IMG/VR virus record: IMGVR_UViG_3300037099_000532
Coordinates: 1-54,447 of that record
Length of the DNA: 54,447 bases
Direction: 5' to 3' (one strand)
Source: a virus
Lineage: Duplodnaviria; Caudoviricetes
This document shows positions 35,633 through 45,049 of the stretch, one piece after another. Position 1 is the stretch's first letter. Each line of letters begins with the position of its first letter. The notes under the pieces are model-generated. The model did no database searches. It had not been told where the DNA came from and worked only from the letters and a program-made list of their open reading frames with translations. The position numbers and the translations under genes are program-made.

Positions 35633-35922
35633 CGTTTCGTCTCCGCGTTCATCGGCAGGTTGAAATCGCGATCAAGTGCGAGCTGCAGCGCGCAGCCGTG
35701 GTCGCGCACGCGCAACGTGACGGCGCCGATCGCGACGACGCCGCGCAGCGCGGCCTCGATTTCGTCCGGCGGAACGCGCAGCCGTTCGGCCAATGCGGCG
35801 AGGTCGAAGACGAACGCCCAGCCATCGTCGTCCGCCAGCGCGGCGATCGTCAGCAGCGCGAGCTGCTCGACCGGCCCGCACATGAATTGCCGTTCCGCCC
35901 AGGCCCGCGCCCTAAGGCTCAC
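35629..35922 (-). CDS. Small wHTH protein, paralogous to the initiator N-terminus
   Basis: MSLRARAWA..LALLTIAALADDDGWAF resembles MSSEALRWA..LLLLADVADADGF. Confidence 0.7.
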   Translation of the reverse strand: MSLRARAWAERQFMCGPVEQLALLTIAALADDDGWAFVFDLAALAERLRVPPDEIEAALRGVVAIGAVTLRVRDHGCALQLALDRDFNLPMNAETKR

Positions 35923-36121
35923 CCGCCCCCCTCGCGCCCGGACACGGCGGCGTGTTTCGGTACGCGAGGCGCTGACAATCGCGCCAATACTCGACCCAGG
36001 AAATCACCGTCGCGCCGCCGTCGTGACGCGTCACCTTGACTAGCCCGCAGCGCGCGCAGACGCGCTCACTCTTGTTGAGAAAGGCGGTCTTCGGGCCCCA
36101 GCGATGGCGCGCCGCGGTCAT
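35912..36121 (-). CDS. Small Cys/His hypothetical protein
   Basis: RHRWG..CARCG; overlapping-coupled in operon. Confidence 0.6.
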   Translation of the reverse strand: MTAARHRWGPKTAFLNKSERVCARCGLVKVTRHDGGATVISWVEYWRDCQRLAYRNTPPCPGARGAGEP

Positions 36122-36984
36122 GCCGCCGCTCCATCGAACAGCGAGCCCTGACTCACGCCGCGCGCGGCGGCGGGGTTAAGCCACAAGACTTCGGTGCGCG
36201 CCCTTCCCCCGTCCGCCATCGCTTCGCGCTCGACGCGCCGCCAGCCGCGCAGCGCGGCCTCGTAGAGCGGTGACGGGTAAGCGGAGAGCGCCACCATGCC
36301 GCGGAGTTCACTCAGGCGTCGCAGCAGCGCCATATGGTCGTCATCGGTCAATTCATAGCGATAACCATGCGTCGAGCCGCGACCGTCGGCGAGCGACGAG
36401 CGCGTCGCCAGCACGTAAGGCGGATCGACGTAGAACAGCGTTTCCGTCGTGTCGTAGCGGGCGATGATCTCACCGGCGTCGCGCTGTTCGATGCACGTTC
36501 CGAGCAGCCGGCGCGTGAAGAAAGGGATCGTCGCGGCGTAGGACGCCCAAGCCTGCGCCGGCAAAGAATCGCCGCGGCCGCCAGCCATTGCGGCGCGAAA
36601 GCCGGTGCGGCACGTGCGCGTGACGCTGTCGGTCCCATGGCCCATGAAGCTTAGCGCGATCGCCTTGCGCGCCGCGTCGACGTCGTCGATCGGCGGCGCG
36701 TAGCAATCGTCGAATTCCTCGCGCGCGAACGGCGTCAGTTCGAGCCGCCGCCTCAGTTCGTCGGCGCTCGCCGGGTCGCGCAGCACGCGAAAGACGTTGA
36801 CCACCTGGCCGTCGAGATCGTTGTAACATTCAGCGGCGATCGCCGGTTTGCGCAGCAGCACGCTCGCCCCGCCGCCGAATGGCTCGACATAGACGCGGTG
36901 CGGCGGAAAATGCGCGATGATCCACGGCGCGAGCCGCCACTTGCCGCCATGCCAGCGGATCGCCGGTCGCGTCGGCGCGTTCAT
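36118..36984 (-). CDS. DNA adenine methyltransferase, Dam/D12 class
   Basis: WHGGKW, YVEPFGGGASV, NDLD, YVDPPY, RTEVLW. Confidence 0.93.
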   Translation of the reverse strand: MNAPTRPAIRWHGGKWRLAPWIIAHFPPHRVYVEPFGGGASVLLRKPAIAAECYNDLDGQVVNVFRVLRDPASADELRRRLELTPFAREEFDDCYAPPIDDVDAARKAIALSFMGHGTDSVTRTCRTGFRAAMAGGRGDSLPAQAWASYAATIPFFTRRLLGTCIEQRDAGEIIARYDTTETLFYVDPPYVLATRSSLADGRGSTHGYRYELTDDDHMALLRRLSELRGMVALSAYPSPLYEAALRGWRRVEREAMADGGRARTEVLWLNPAAARGVSQGSLFDGAAA

Positions 36985-37289
36985 CGCGCCGCCCCAATGC
37001 AGCGAGCGAGAGCGAGAAACGCCAGCGCCAGCGCATAAACGAGCAGCGGGTGTCGGAACAGGAATCCGCGCGTTCGCCGGGCGGACAAAACGAGCCAAAT
37101 TGGTCGATCAAACGGCTTGGATCGCTCCGCGTTGACGCAGAAGGCGACAGGCGTCGCCTTCTCGGCGTCGTGCATCCGCATCAGTTGGCCGAGGGCGACG
37201 TCGACCTCTTTCGGCAAGTCGATCGTCTCACGAACCCGCGAGCCGTCGCGTCGCACGATGTCGTATTCGATCGATTGGAGGGCACTCAT
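36981..37289 (-). CDS. Hypothetical protein with C-terminal TM
   Basis: ATGA-coupled; hydrophobic tail. Confidence 0.55.
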   Translation of the reverse strand: MSALQSIEYDIVRRDGSRVRETIDLPKEVDVALGQLMRMHDAEKATPVAFCVNAERSKPFDRPIWLVLSARRTRGFLFRHPLLVYALALAFLALARCIGAAR

Positions 37290-37549
37290 TCGGGCGGGTA
37301 TCCCGCAAGATCGGCCCACTTCGGAAAAACGATCTCGCCAGTTCGTGAATCGCGCACCGGCGCATCGAATTCCCACGCCTGGCCGAGCCATTCAAAGGTC
37401 AAGACGCGGACGTAAAGCGGCCCACGCTCGTCGTCGACGCAGGGCTCGCCAGTATCAACGATCGACCCATCGCGATTCAGCGGCCAGAGATTGAAGCCGA
37501 TCCATGGCAACAGGCCGCCGAACAGCCACTCCACGCGCGGCGCGCTCAT
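37286..37549 (-). CDS. Hypothetical protein
   Basis: ATGA-coupled, MSAPRVEWLFGG. Confidence 0.55.
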   Translation of the reverse strand: MSAPRVEWLFGGLLPWIGFNLWPLNRDGSIVDTGEPCVDDERGPLYVRVLTFEWLGQAWEFDAPVRDSRTGEIVFPKWADLAGYPPE

Positions 37550-37782
37550 CTCTGCGCCTCGTCGAGCGCCGCCAGCGTCAGGTCGAACCCCAGCGCGTTC
37601 GCCCAGGCGACGGCGTTCGCCAGCCTTGGCGAACGCGCCCCGCGTTCCCATTTGCCGATCAGGTCGTGAGCGAAACCGGCGCGCTGGCCGAGTTGGTCGA
37701 GCGAGACGCCGCGCGCCAGGCGCTCGGCGCGTAGGGCCGCCAACAGGGGATCGCGCGTCCGCAGCGGTATGTTCATCGCCAT
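37546..37782 (-). CDS. XRE HTH protein
   Basis: LRAERLARGVSLDQLG..IGKWERG. Confidence 0.8.
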   Translation of the reverse strand: MAMNIPLRTRDPLLAALRAERLARGVSLDQLGQRAGFAHDLIGKWERGARSPRLANAVAWANALGFDLTLAALDEAQR

Positions 37783-37815
37783 GCCTCGCCGAGATTGGCG
37801 CCGACGGCCCCGAAA

Positions 37816-38127
37816 TCACGCATGCCTCTCCCCCTTCACGCCTGTCGCCGGGCGGCGCTTCGTCCGCTGGGCGATCCACTCGTAATCGTCGAACCCGCGC
37901 CGCCGCAGACACAGCGCGACGCGCCCTTCCGCTTCGAGCCGCCGCGTCAGGTCCGCGATCGGTTTCACGTCGCCGCGAAACAGCAAGAACGCCCCGCTGG
38001 TGCCGCGCGCGTAGACGATTTCCGTCGCGCCTTGGCCGTCGGCGAGCCAGGCGTCGATCGCCTTGACGCTCGCTGTGAGCTTGATCTGTGGCGGTCGCAG
38101 CGCTGGAGAATTCATGGCGACGCCCAC
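37816..38127 (-). CDS. Hypothetical phage protein
   Basis: WL...EIVYARG..V.L..RR..YEWIAQR; in operon. Confidence 0.6.
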   Translation of the reverse strand: MGVAMNSPALRPPQIKLTASVKAIDAWLADGQGATEIVYARGTSGAFLLFRGDVKPIADLTRRLEAEGRVALCLRRRGFDDYEWIAQRTKRRPATGVKGERHA

Positions 38128-38128
38128 G

Positions 38129-38602
38129 TCAGAAACCCGCCGCCGAAAGCGCGCCGCCGCGACGCAGCCGCGTCAGCGCCATCGCCACGACGCGCTCGTC
38201 GGCGTCGACGGCCTCGGCGAGCGCGCCACGATCGGTCGAGCCGAGCCGTTTCGCGGCGTCGAGCACGCGGCCGTCGAAGGAATCTGCCGGCGGACTGCTG
38301 GAAAACGTCAGCGGCTTGCGCGCAGGCTTGGGCGCGGCGGCCGAAGGCGGCGACGTCCAGTCTCGCCGACGCTCGAGGGCCGCTTGACGCTCCGCGTCGG
38401 CAGGCGCGGAGGCCGCCTCGGCGCCCTCTCCGTCGATCTCTTCCGGCGGGTCATCAAGGCCGCTGAAAACGATGTCCGGCCATACCACGCGAAACTGCGC
38501 CTTGATTGCGTCAATCGCCGGCGCGGCGTCCTCAAAGCTTTCGACGACGAGGTTGATCCGCGCCGATTTCGATTCCACATCGGCCGAGACTGTGCCTTTC
38601 AT
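38129..38602 (-). CDS. Hypothetical protein with C-terminal wHTH-like region
   Basis: GGAGG SD, ATGA-coupled. Confidence 0.55.
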   Translation of the reverse strand: MKGTVSADVESKSARINLVVESFEDAAPAIDAIKAQFRVVWPDIVFSGLDDPPEEIDGEGAEAASAPADAERQAALERRRDWTSPPSAAAPKPARKPLTFSSSPPADSFDGRVLDAAKRLGSTDRGALAEAVDADERVVAMALTRLRRGGALSAAGF

Positions 38603-39996
38603 ACCGCCCCTCCCACGCGCGCCCGCTTCTCTTTGAAGCGGCGATAGAGTCCCTTGGCCTCGCCGCGGCCAATGCCGAGCCGCTCGCCGATCGCCCGCAT
38701 ACTGAGGCGCTCGTCCTCGTAGAGCGCGGCGACGCGCAGCTCGACGTCGATTCCCCATTTCGGCGACCGATCGGCGGCGTAAGGCGCATGAGTCCGTTCG
38801 CCCGCTTCCGGCAGATCCTGCGCGTCGGAGCGAGGGGCGCGCATGGCCGCGTCGCGCGACCCCTCGCCCTCTGCGCCGGCGCAGGGCGTCGAAAGACGCC
38901 CGTCTGGCGACCGGCTTTCGACGCCGGCGCATTCGCGCGCGACCTCGGCCTCGAAGGCCGCGCGCGAAATTTCGTTGCCCCAAGTGAACCAGCGCTTATG
39001 CGGCCGGCGCGCATACAGTTCGAGATACGGGCCGCCGACCAGCCGCTCGATGCGGTCGTGGATCTCGTCCGGTTTGCGCGAGTGCTCCTGCACTGGCGAC
39101 AGAATCGCCTGCATCACGCCGGCGTCGAGCCGCATCGGCGCGCCGCGTGTTGCCAGCAGACAGAGTTCGATGTTCTGTCGCGTCCAGTAACCCTGTCCCA
39201 TGAACAAGCCGTCGCCGCTGGCGTTCTGTTTCATCCAGGCGAAGCCGATCGTCTTGAGGTCGAAGCCCCAAGCGTCGACGAGGTCGAGGGCCTCGCGCAA
39301 CATCGAGCCGATCGCCCACGGGAAGAGAACGCAATCCTTGGCCGCGAGCTTCGCCACCGGCAGTTCGGCGATCGCCTTGAGTGGGTCGGTGCGATAGCCG
39401 GGCGAGCGATCGCGGCCCTTGGCCGACCAGGTCTCGAACGCCCATGGCGGGTCGACGAGGATGGCGCCGAAGCGGCGTCCCGAATCGACCAACTTAGCGA
39501 GGTCGTCGACGTCGCAGCCGTCGGCGGTGCGCGCGGTGAACGCGGCCCGTCGTTCGGCCTTCTCGCGCTCGCGTAGCAAATTGGTCGTCACCCGCGCCCC
39601 GGCCCGCGCCACGTCCTCGCGCCAGCGCCCGAGCGAGCCTTCGAAATCCTCGCGCGGCAGCCGGGCGACGGCCTGGGCGCGGGCGGAAAGGGAGCGATCG
39701 ATGCCAAGCTCTGCGAGGTTGACGCGCGGAAACTGTTCGTCGGTGTTACAGTTTTCCGGCGGCCGCCCTTCGCCAAACCATCCCTTGGCTTTGCCTTCAA
39801 TCAGCATCTCTCCGAGTCGCTGCTCGGCGCGGATGCGAATCTCGGCGGCGTCGATCTCAAGATCGCGGTTCTTTGCCTTGCGATAGTAAACGCGCAACGC
39901 ATCCATCTTGTTGGCGAGCGTTGCCGCTTCGTCGACCGTCTTGGCCTCGGCGACCGCGCGGCATGCTTCGTCGTATTTGAGCAGTTCGACGCTCAC
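38599..39996 (-). CDS. MT-A70 family adenine methyltransferase with N-terminal helical domain and C-terminal HTH
   Basis: ILVDPPW, FAWMK, G.GYWTR.N.E.CLL, EHSRKP, YLELYAR, WGNE. Confidence 0.92.
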   Translation of the reverse strand: MSVELLKYDEACRAVAEAKTVDEAATLANKMDALRVYYRKAKNRDLEIDAAEIRIRAEQRLGEMLIEGKAKGWFGEGRPPENCNTDEQFPRVNLAELGIDRSLSARAQAVARLPREDFEGSLGRWREDVARAGARVTTNLLREREKAERRAAFTARTADGCDVDDLAKLVDSGRRFGAILVDPPWAFETWSAKGRDRSPGYRTDPLKAIAELPVAKLAAKDCVLFPWAIGSMLREALDLVDAWGFDLKTIGFAWMKQNASGDGLFMGQGYWTRQNIELCLLATRGAPMRLDAGVMQAILSPVQEHSRKPDEIHDRIERLVGGPYLELYARRPHKRWFTWGNEISRAAFEAEVARECAGVESRSPDGRLSTPCAGAEGEGSRDAAMRAPRSDAQDLPEAGERTHAPYAADRSPKWGIDVELRVAALYEDERLSMRAIGERLGIGRGEAKGLYRRFKEKRARVGGAV

Positions 39997-40217
39997 GCGA
40001 GTCGCCCGTCCGGCGCGAGCCATTGCGGCGGCTCGGCGGGTTTTGGCGTCAGTTCGTTAGCCTCGCGCAGCCAACGCGATCCATCCTCGGTTTCAACCTC
40101 GAAATTGCGCCCGCTGCAGGCGACGATCCGTCCGACGAACGCCGGGCAAACGCCTACCGCGACAGACGAGACGTCCTGACCGACATCGAACGCGGCAGGC
40201 TTCGCGATCCGCCTCAT
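39993..40217 (-). CDS. Small SH3/KOW-like hypothetical protein
   Basis: FDVGQDV..GRIV..VETEDG..W; coupled. Confidence 0.55.
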   Translation of the reverse strand: MRRIAKPAAFDVGQDVSSVAVGVCPAFVGRIVACSGRNFEVETEDGSRWLREANELTPKPAEPPQWLAPDGRLA

Positions 40218-41023
40218 GGCGCCGCCACCTTCGCCGCGGCCGGCGATATGATGAAATCGGGGAGCGCCGGCGGCGCCCATGGGCGCATCGGCATGAAGGC
40301 GCCGACGAATTCCGGCAGCCCGCTCACCTGGAGAATGAAAGCCCTCTGTTCGCCAATCGGCGCTGACCGCGAAATGGCGGCGATGCCGCCTTCGCAGTCA
40401 CGGCGTTGCGCCAGATCCATCACCGGCGAGAAATACTCCGCGACAAACGGGTTGAGATTGATCGTCGCCGCGTCGACTGGCGCATTGTCGCGAACGAACG
40501 CCCGCCGCCACGCGACGGGCGGCCGTTCGTCGACGCGGAAATCTTCCTCGCGCCAGTGGTTGCCGGTTTCGATCATGACGTTGGCGAGGATCGGGCCGTC
40601 TTCAGCGTCGTCGACGTCGGGATACGGCATGCGCCCGCACAGCATCGCTGCGATGGGATAGAGATGAACGTCGCCAGGCTGCGCCCACTCAGGCAATTCG
40701 CGCTCGTCGCTGCCCTCGCAAAACATCTCGACCGGCGCGGGCGGCGCGCAACGGTCAAGAAAGCGCTTCGGCAGCATGGCGCGGAACGGCTTGTTGACGC
40801 AGCCGTCGCGATCGTGAAAGACGCCGACGGCCACGCCGTCCGTCGCCACGATGAGCGCCCCGCCATCCGGCGCGGGTTCTACGATCAGGCCGACCGAGCG
40901 ATAGAGCTGGCGCTCGCGCGCCGCATCGAGGATGCGCCGCAGCGCATGCAGATACTCGGATTTGAACCGGGCGTAGATGTCCGGCAGCTCGTCGCGTTTG
41001 GCTTCCGTCTTCCGCTCGCCCAT
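40214..41023 (-). CDS. DNA sliding clamp (beta subunit)-like protein
   Basis: R.L..V...GALIVATDG, IE..G..WRR, INLNP, GAFMPMR beta-clamp-like motifs. Confidence 0.55.
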   Translation of the reverse strand: MGERKTEAKRDELPDIYARFKSEYLHALRRILDAARERQLYRSVGLIVEPAPDGGALIVATDGVAVGVFHDRDGCVNKPFRAMLPKRFLDRCAPPAPVEMFCEGSDERELPEWAQPGDVHLYPIAAMLCGRMPYPDVDDAEDGPILANVMIETGNHWREEDFRVDERPPVAWRRAFVRDNAPVDAATINLNPFVAEYFSPVMDLAQRRDCEGGIAAISRSAPIGEQRAFILQVSGLPEFVGAFMPMRPWAPPALPDFIISPAAAKVAAP

Positions 41024-41060
41024 TCCCTTCACCCCCTGCCCTGCAAACCGCGCCGCGCGT

Positions 41061-41417
41061 TCACGCCGCTGCCGCCTTCGCCTGCGGTCGCAGATAGATG
41101 GCGACCGGGCCGTCCTCGGTGTCCCACTTGGCCGCGATCTTCCAGCCATCGCCGAGGTCAGGCGGCGTCCAGTCGGCGACCAGCGTCTCCATGTGAGCGT
41201 CGTCATCGAAAAGCCGCTCGGCTCGGTCGCGGAGAGGCGCCGTCTCTTCTCGATTGTCATGGTCGAGCGAGAGCGTCCGCAGTTCGAAGCCCTGCTCACG
41301 CGCGATCTGCATCAAGTCGTGACCTTCGAGCGCGAAATGAAACATCAGCGGGCCGAAAGCGCCGTCGGGATATTCAATCAACGCGTCCGGCGCCGGCAGT
41401 TCATTGGGTTTCAGCAT
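41061..41417 (-). CDS. Hypothetical phage protein
   Basis: DWTPP..DGW...WDTEDGPVA motif; coupled. Confidence 0.65.
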   Translation of the reverse strand: MLKPNELPAPDALIEYPDGAFGPLMFHFALEGHDLMQIAREQGFELRTLSLDHDNREETAPLRDRAERLFDDDAHMETLVADWTPPDLGDGWKIAAKWDTEDGPVAIYLRPQAKAAAA

Positions 41418-42031
41418 CGGCCGCCCCCCTGCTCCACAAACCGCGCGACGGTCGCCGCGCGCAGCGCCTCGAGCCATTGCGTCGCGGCGAAGGCTTCGGT
41501 CATGTCGAAATAGTCGTTCGCCAGCGGCGCGGCGCGAAAACGCAGATCGTTCTCGATCTCGAACGCCAGATGGTCGGCGCGGCGCACCTCAGCCGAGCGC
41601 ATTTCTTCGACTAGGATCTCCGCTTCGATCGCCGCGCCGCGCGCGATCGTCGTGGCCGCGTAGGCGTCGATCACGCGCCGCGCGATCGCTTGGTCCAGGC
41701 CGCGCTTGATGTAGTCGGTCGCCGCCGCCGCACCCGGCGTCAGCGTGTCGAGCGCCCGCACGAACGGCGTGATCACGTCGTTGATGACGTATTCGTGGCC
41801 GTCGTGCAGCAGCGCAGCGAGGCGCAAGTTTCTCGGCGCCAGATCGGCGACATGCAGCGAATGCGCGGCGTCGTTGAACGGCACGCGGCTCTGGCCGACG
41901 AAGCGGCGCACGCGCACCAGACCGTGCGCCATGTCTTCGAGCGAGACGTCGCGCCAGTCCGGCGCCAGAAGGTCGACACGTGACCGCGACAGCATCTCGA
42001 AGACGAACGCACCCCTCGGCCGATCATCCAT
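41411..42031 (-). CDS. HD-domain phosphohydrolase (YfbR-like)
   Basis: EDMAHGL..RF.GQ, AAHS, ALLHDGHEY..D..TP, AD. Confidence 0.85.
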   Translation of the reverse strand: MDDRPRGAFVFEMLSRSRVDLLAPDWRDVSLEDMAHGLVRVRRFVGQSRVPFNDAAHSLHVADLAPRNLRLAALLHDGHEYVINDVITPFVRALDTLTPGAAAATDYIKRGLDQAIARRVIDAYAATTIARGAAIEAEILVEEMRSAEVRRADHLAFEIENDLRFRAAPLANDYFDMTEAFAATQWLEALRAATVARFVEQGGGRC

Positions 42032-42401
42032 AGTTCGTGTCCCAGTTTGCGGCCGCCGCGCTTTCGAGCGCCGCCGCTTCCGCCCGCCGCATGGCGATCT
42101 CGCCGTCGAGCGCCCGCAGCCGCTCGGCCGCCGCGGCGCAGATCACCCAGCGCGGCGGCGCGGCGAAGGCCGCTTCGAGAAACGCCGGACCGAAAGTCGC
42201 GATCAGCGCCATCAGATGCGCGGCGCTCGGCCGCGCGCCCTTCATCCAACTCGCTGCGGTCTCGCGCGGCGCGCCGCACGCGGCGGCGAGGCTGTCGACC
42301 GTCTTCTCCGGGAAGCGGCGGCGAAAGAACGCCTGCGCCCCGGCGGCGGTGAAACTTCCCCTCGGATTGGGTGAAGTTTCACCCCAGTTTTGGTGAGACA
42401 T
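42024..42401 (-). CDS. CII-like HTH regulator candidate
   Basis: HTH LAAACGAPRETAASWMKG; AGGAG SD; downstream of cro. Confidence 0.55.
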   Translation of the reverse strand: MSHQNWGETSPNPRGSFTAAGAQAFFRRRFPEKTVDSLAAACGAPRETAASWMKGARPSAAHLMALIATFGPAFLEAAFAAPPRWVICAAAAERLRALDGEIAMRRAEAAALESAAAANWDTNYG

Positions 42402-42652
42402 AACGCAAACTCCTACGCGATATTGAACGCGCTCCCGTCGGAGCGGCCGCGCCAACGGCCGGAAGTCGAGTTGTTGAAATGCGCTGCGTTTCTGCGTGCC
42501 AAAAGGCGCCTTCAGCGCCGTCTCTGCGATCGGCCGCGTCGCATGCGCGGCCCCTTCCTTCACGATCGAGCGCCGCGTCATTCGCGCGGCGCCTTTCCCA
42601 GCGACTGAAGGCGGCGTTCCGACCGCCGCCCTCTCCAGTCCGCGCGCGGCGT

Positions 42653-42994
42653 TCATGCGTCCGCCCCGAACAAGGACGCGGCGGCGCCGGAAGGTCGCGC
42701 CGCCGCGTCAGGTGGGGAGGATACGACGCACACACCCTCGCGGGCCTCGAACGCGCCGGTCGACGCCGGCGCGAATGCAAGTTCTCCGGGTGGCAAGCGG
42801 GCCGACGACGCCGCGCCGCGCCAGATAGGGGCCGCAGTCTCGGTAATCCAGCCACGCGCCGGCGCGATCAGCGTCCGCTCGCAGCCGATGCAACGCCCGA
42901 CCCAAAACCGCGCCCCCTCGCCGGTCACGCGCAGCCGCCCCTCGGCGACGAAGCCGCAGGCGCAGGCGACCAGCATGGAGGCGGACGCCGTCAT
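42653..42994 (-). CDS. Small Cys-motif hypothetical protein
   Basis: CACG..CIGC; ATGA overlap with cro. Confidence 0.45.
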   Translation of the reverse strand: MTASASMLVACACGFVAEGRLRVTGEGARFWVGRCIGCERTLIAPARGWITETAAPIWRGAASSARLPPGELAFAPASTGAFEAREGVCVVSSPPDAAARPSGAAASLFGADA

Positions 42995-43260
42995 TGACCG
43001 CCCCAGTCTTCGTCGTCGGCTTCGCCGTCTTCCCCGGCGATCGCCTGCAGGCATTCGACCGGCGTCATGCCCGGCTTGGCGAGCCCCCGCGCGATCGCCG
43101 CCTCGAGCATGTGCAGCAGGCGCGAAACCGGACCCGATTCGGGCTGGCCGCGCTCGATATTGGCGACGCTGGGTTGGGAAAGGCCGAGGAATTCGGCCAT
43201 CGCCCATTGCTGCCAGCCGAGGGCGGCGCGGAGGCGCTTGATGCGAGCGTCGGTGTCCAT
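42991..43260 (-). CDS. cro: Cro-like repressor
   Basis: HTH IKRLRAALGWQQWAMAEFLGLSQPSVANIE, divergent from cI. Confidence 0.8.
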   Translation of the reverse strand: MDTDARIKRLRAALGWQQWAMAEFLGLSQPSVANIERGQPESGPVSRLLHMLEAAIARGLAKPGMTPVECLQAIAGEDGEADDEDWGGQ

Positions 43261-43266
43261 GACCAA

Positions 43267-43331
43267 AACAATAAGAAACTTATCGTGCTTGTCAATAAGT
43301 ATCTGATCGCCCCCTGCGCTAGCGTGGAATC
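43267..43331. promoter_or_regulatory. OR region: two 17-bp operators, PR and PRM-like promoters
   Basis: CAATAAGAAACTTATCG (43269-85), CAATAAGTATCTGATCG (43293-309); minus-strand TTGACA-16-TATTGT; TAGCGT just before the cI ATG. Confidence 0.8.
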
Positions 43332-44015
43332 ATGAACCACGGGCAGGCGGAACGGCTGAAACGCGCGCGGATTGAGGCGGGCTATGCGAAGGCGATCGAC
43401 GCCGCCCGCGCCCTCGACGTTGAGCCAGGCACATACAACCACCACGAAAACGGCACCGCCGGGCTGTCGCGCGCCGGCGAAAGGTACGCGCGTTTCTTCG
43501 GCGTCAACCTCGAGTGGCTGCTGACCGGCAAAGGCGAGATGCGGCCGTCACATTCCGCTCCGGCGCCCGAGGTGGCGATTGACGGGATCGTGCGCGCCGG
43601 CGCGGAAATCCAATCGAATGCGGACCTTCCCGATTTTGGAGGTCCGACAGTGATCAAAGTTCCATCCGGCGACGGCGTCGGCGCCTATGTGGTTAGTGGC
43701 GATTCGCAGTGGCCGCGCTTTCTCGACGGCGAACTCATTCTTTACGAGAAACGTCCGCGCGCCCCGAGCGAACTGCTCGACAATTACGCCATTGTGCAAA
43801 CGCTCGACGGCCGGCGCGTCATCAAGATCGTGCGCGCCAATCCCAACGGCGGCGACGACCTGTGGCGGCTCGAGTCGCACAACGCGCCGCCCGAAGACGA
43901 CGTCAAGATCCTCGCCGCCTGGCGCTATCTCGGCGTGCTGCCGCGCCAGGAGGCGACGAGCCTGCCGTCGCTGAAAACCCCAAAGCCGCGCCTCGGGCAC
44001 GCGAGGAAACGCTAG
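43332..44015 (+). CDS. cI: CI-like repressor (HTH + S24 peptidase domain)
   Basis: HTH..EWLLTGKG; RAG cleavage-like site, VSGDSQWP, IK. Confidence 0.9.
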   Translation: MNHGQAERLKRARIEAGYAKAIDAARALDVEPGTYNHHENGTAGLSRAGERYARFFGVNLEWLLTGKGEMRPSHSAPAPEVAIDGIVRAGAEIQSNADLPDFGGPTVIKVPSGDGVGAYVVSGDSQWPRFLDGELILYEKRPRAPSELLDNYAIVQTLDGRRVIKIVRANPNGGDDLWRLESHNAPPEDDVKILAAWRYLGVLPRQEATSLPSLKTPKPRLGHARKR

Positions 44016-44230
44016 GCTGGCGCGCCCGCTCGCGCCGCAAGGCGCCCCAGCGAGCGATGGCGTGCAGCCGACGCGGCGATTTATCCAACGCTGTTTAGGG
44101 CCCGACGCCGTTACAGATCGGCCGTTCGCGGCGAATGTGACGCGCCGCCGTTCGAGAATGACGCCACGGGTCGCGCGAGCGACGTTCGCTGGCGCCGGAG
44201 CGCCGTCAAAGAACCGTCGCGTGCACGGAA

Positions 44231-44272
44231 CAATAAGAAACTGATTGACACAAACGATAAGTTTCTTATTCT
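44231..44272 (+). promoter_or_regulatory. OL region: two operators overlapping PL
   Basis: CAATAAGAAACTGATTG and CGATAAGTTTCTTATTC; TTGACA-16-TATTCT. Confidence 0.82.
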
Positions 44273-44303
44273 TGCGCCCTAGCTTCACCGCTGGGGGGCC
44301 GCC

Positions 44304-44444
44304 TTGCTCGCCGATCGTTCCAACCCGTTCATCCCGCCGGAACCCGCGCCTTCCCGCCTCGCTGACCGCGTCAACGTCGCCGGCCTGCTGCTCGGCTATG
44401 GCGTCCTGCTCGTCGTCGTCCTCGCCACGGCGTTCGGCGCATGA
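44304..44444 (+). CDS. 46-aa single-TM protein, first PL gene (not in ORF track)
   Basis: TTG start after a G-rich SD, VAGLLLGYGVLLVVVLATAFGA, ATGA overlap. Confidence 0.55.
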   Translation: MLADRSNPFIPPEPAPSRLADRVNVAGLLLGYGVLLVVVLATAFGA

Positions 44445-45049
44445 GCGCCGCTGGGGCCAAACCGCGGCGCAGCGAGTTGACGCGCGAGCAGGTGAACCGA
44501 CTGGCGCGCCGCGTCGTTGATCTCCAGGACAAGCTTCGCGCCCGCGGCAAGGATCTGCGCGCGCTTCGGCAACGCTTCGTCGTCGCCGACGCGACGACCG
44601 CCGAGTTGGAGAAGCAGCGCGACTTCTACGCCGGCGCCGAAGCGCGCCAGGCCGAGCAGAGCCTGCGGCTAACGACCGAGCGCGACGCGTTTCGCGACGC
44701 GGCGCGCCGGACAGAGGCTGAACGCGACAGCGCGCGGGACGAGGCCGCGGTTGACCGCGCCGTCGCTGAGACGAAGTTCGCCGAATTGAGGCGGCAGAGC
44801 GACCGCGTCGTCGCCGCCAACGCCGAACTGCGCCGCCAGCTCGCCAACGCCGAGCAGGTCGCCGGCGTCTGGCGCAAATCCTACGAGACCGCCGAAGCCG
44901 AGCGCGTCGCGCTCGACGCCGCCTTCCGCGCGCTGGCGTTGCGCAACGCCGAACTCGAACGCCGCGCCTTCGCGTTGCGTATCGACAAAGACGTCGCCCG
45001 GCGCGCGACCCAAGCCGCCCTGCAAGCCGAAGCCGAGGCGAGACAATGA
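44441..45049 (+). CDS. Coiled-coil hypothetical protein
   Basis: Heptad-rich, coupled. Confidence 0.65.
   Translation: MSAAGAKPRRSELTREQVNRLARRVVDLQDKLRARGKDLRALRQRFVVADATTAELEKQRDFYAGAEARQAEQSLRLTTERDAFRDAARRTEAERDSARDEAAVDRAVAETKFAELRRQSDRVVAANAELRRQLANAEQVAGVWRKSYETAEAERVALDAAFRALALRNAELERRAFALRIDKDVARRATQAALQAEAEARQ

Noticed and set aside
41411-42031. DatZ/Z-base (2-aminoadenine) pathway
   Set aside because: HD hydrolase present but no PurZ or phage polymerase seen
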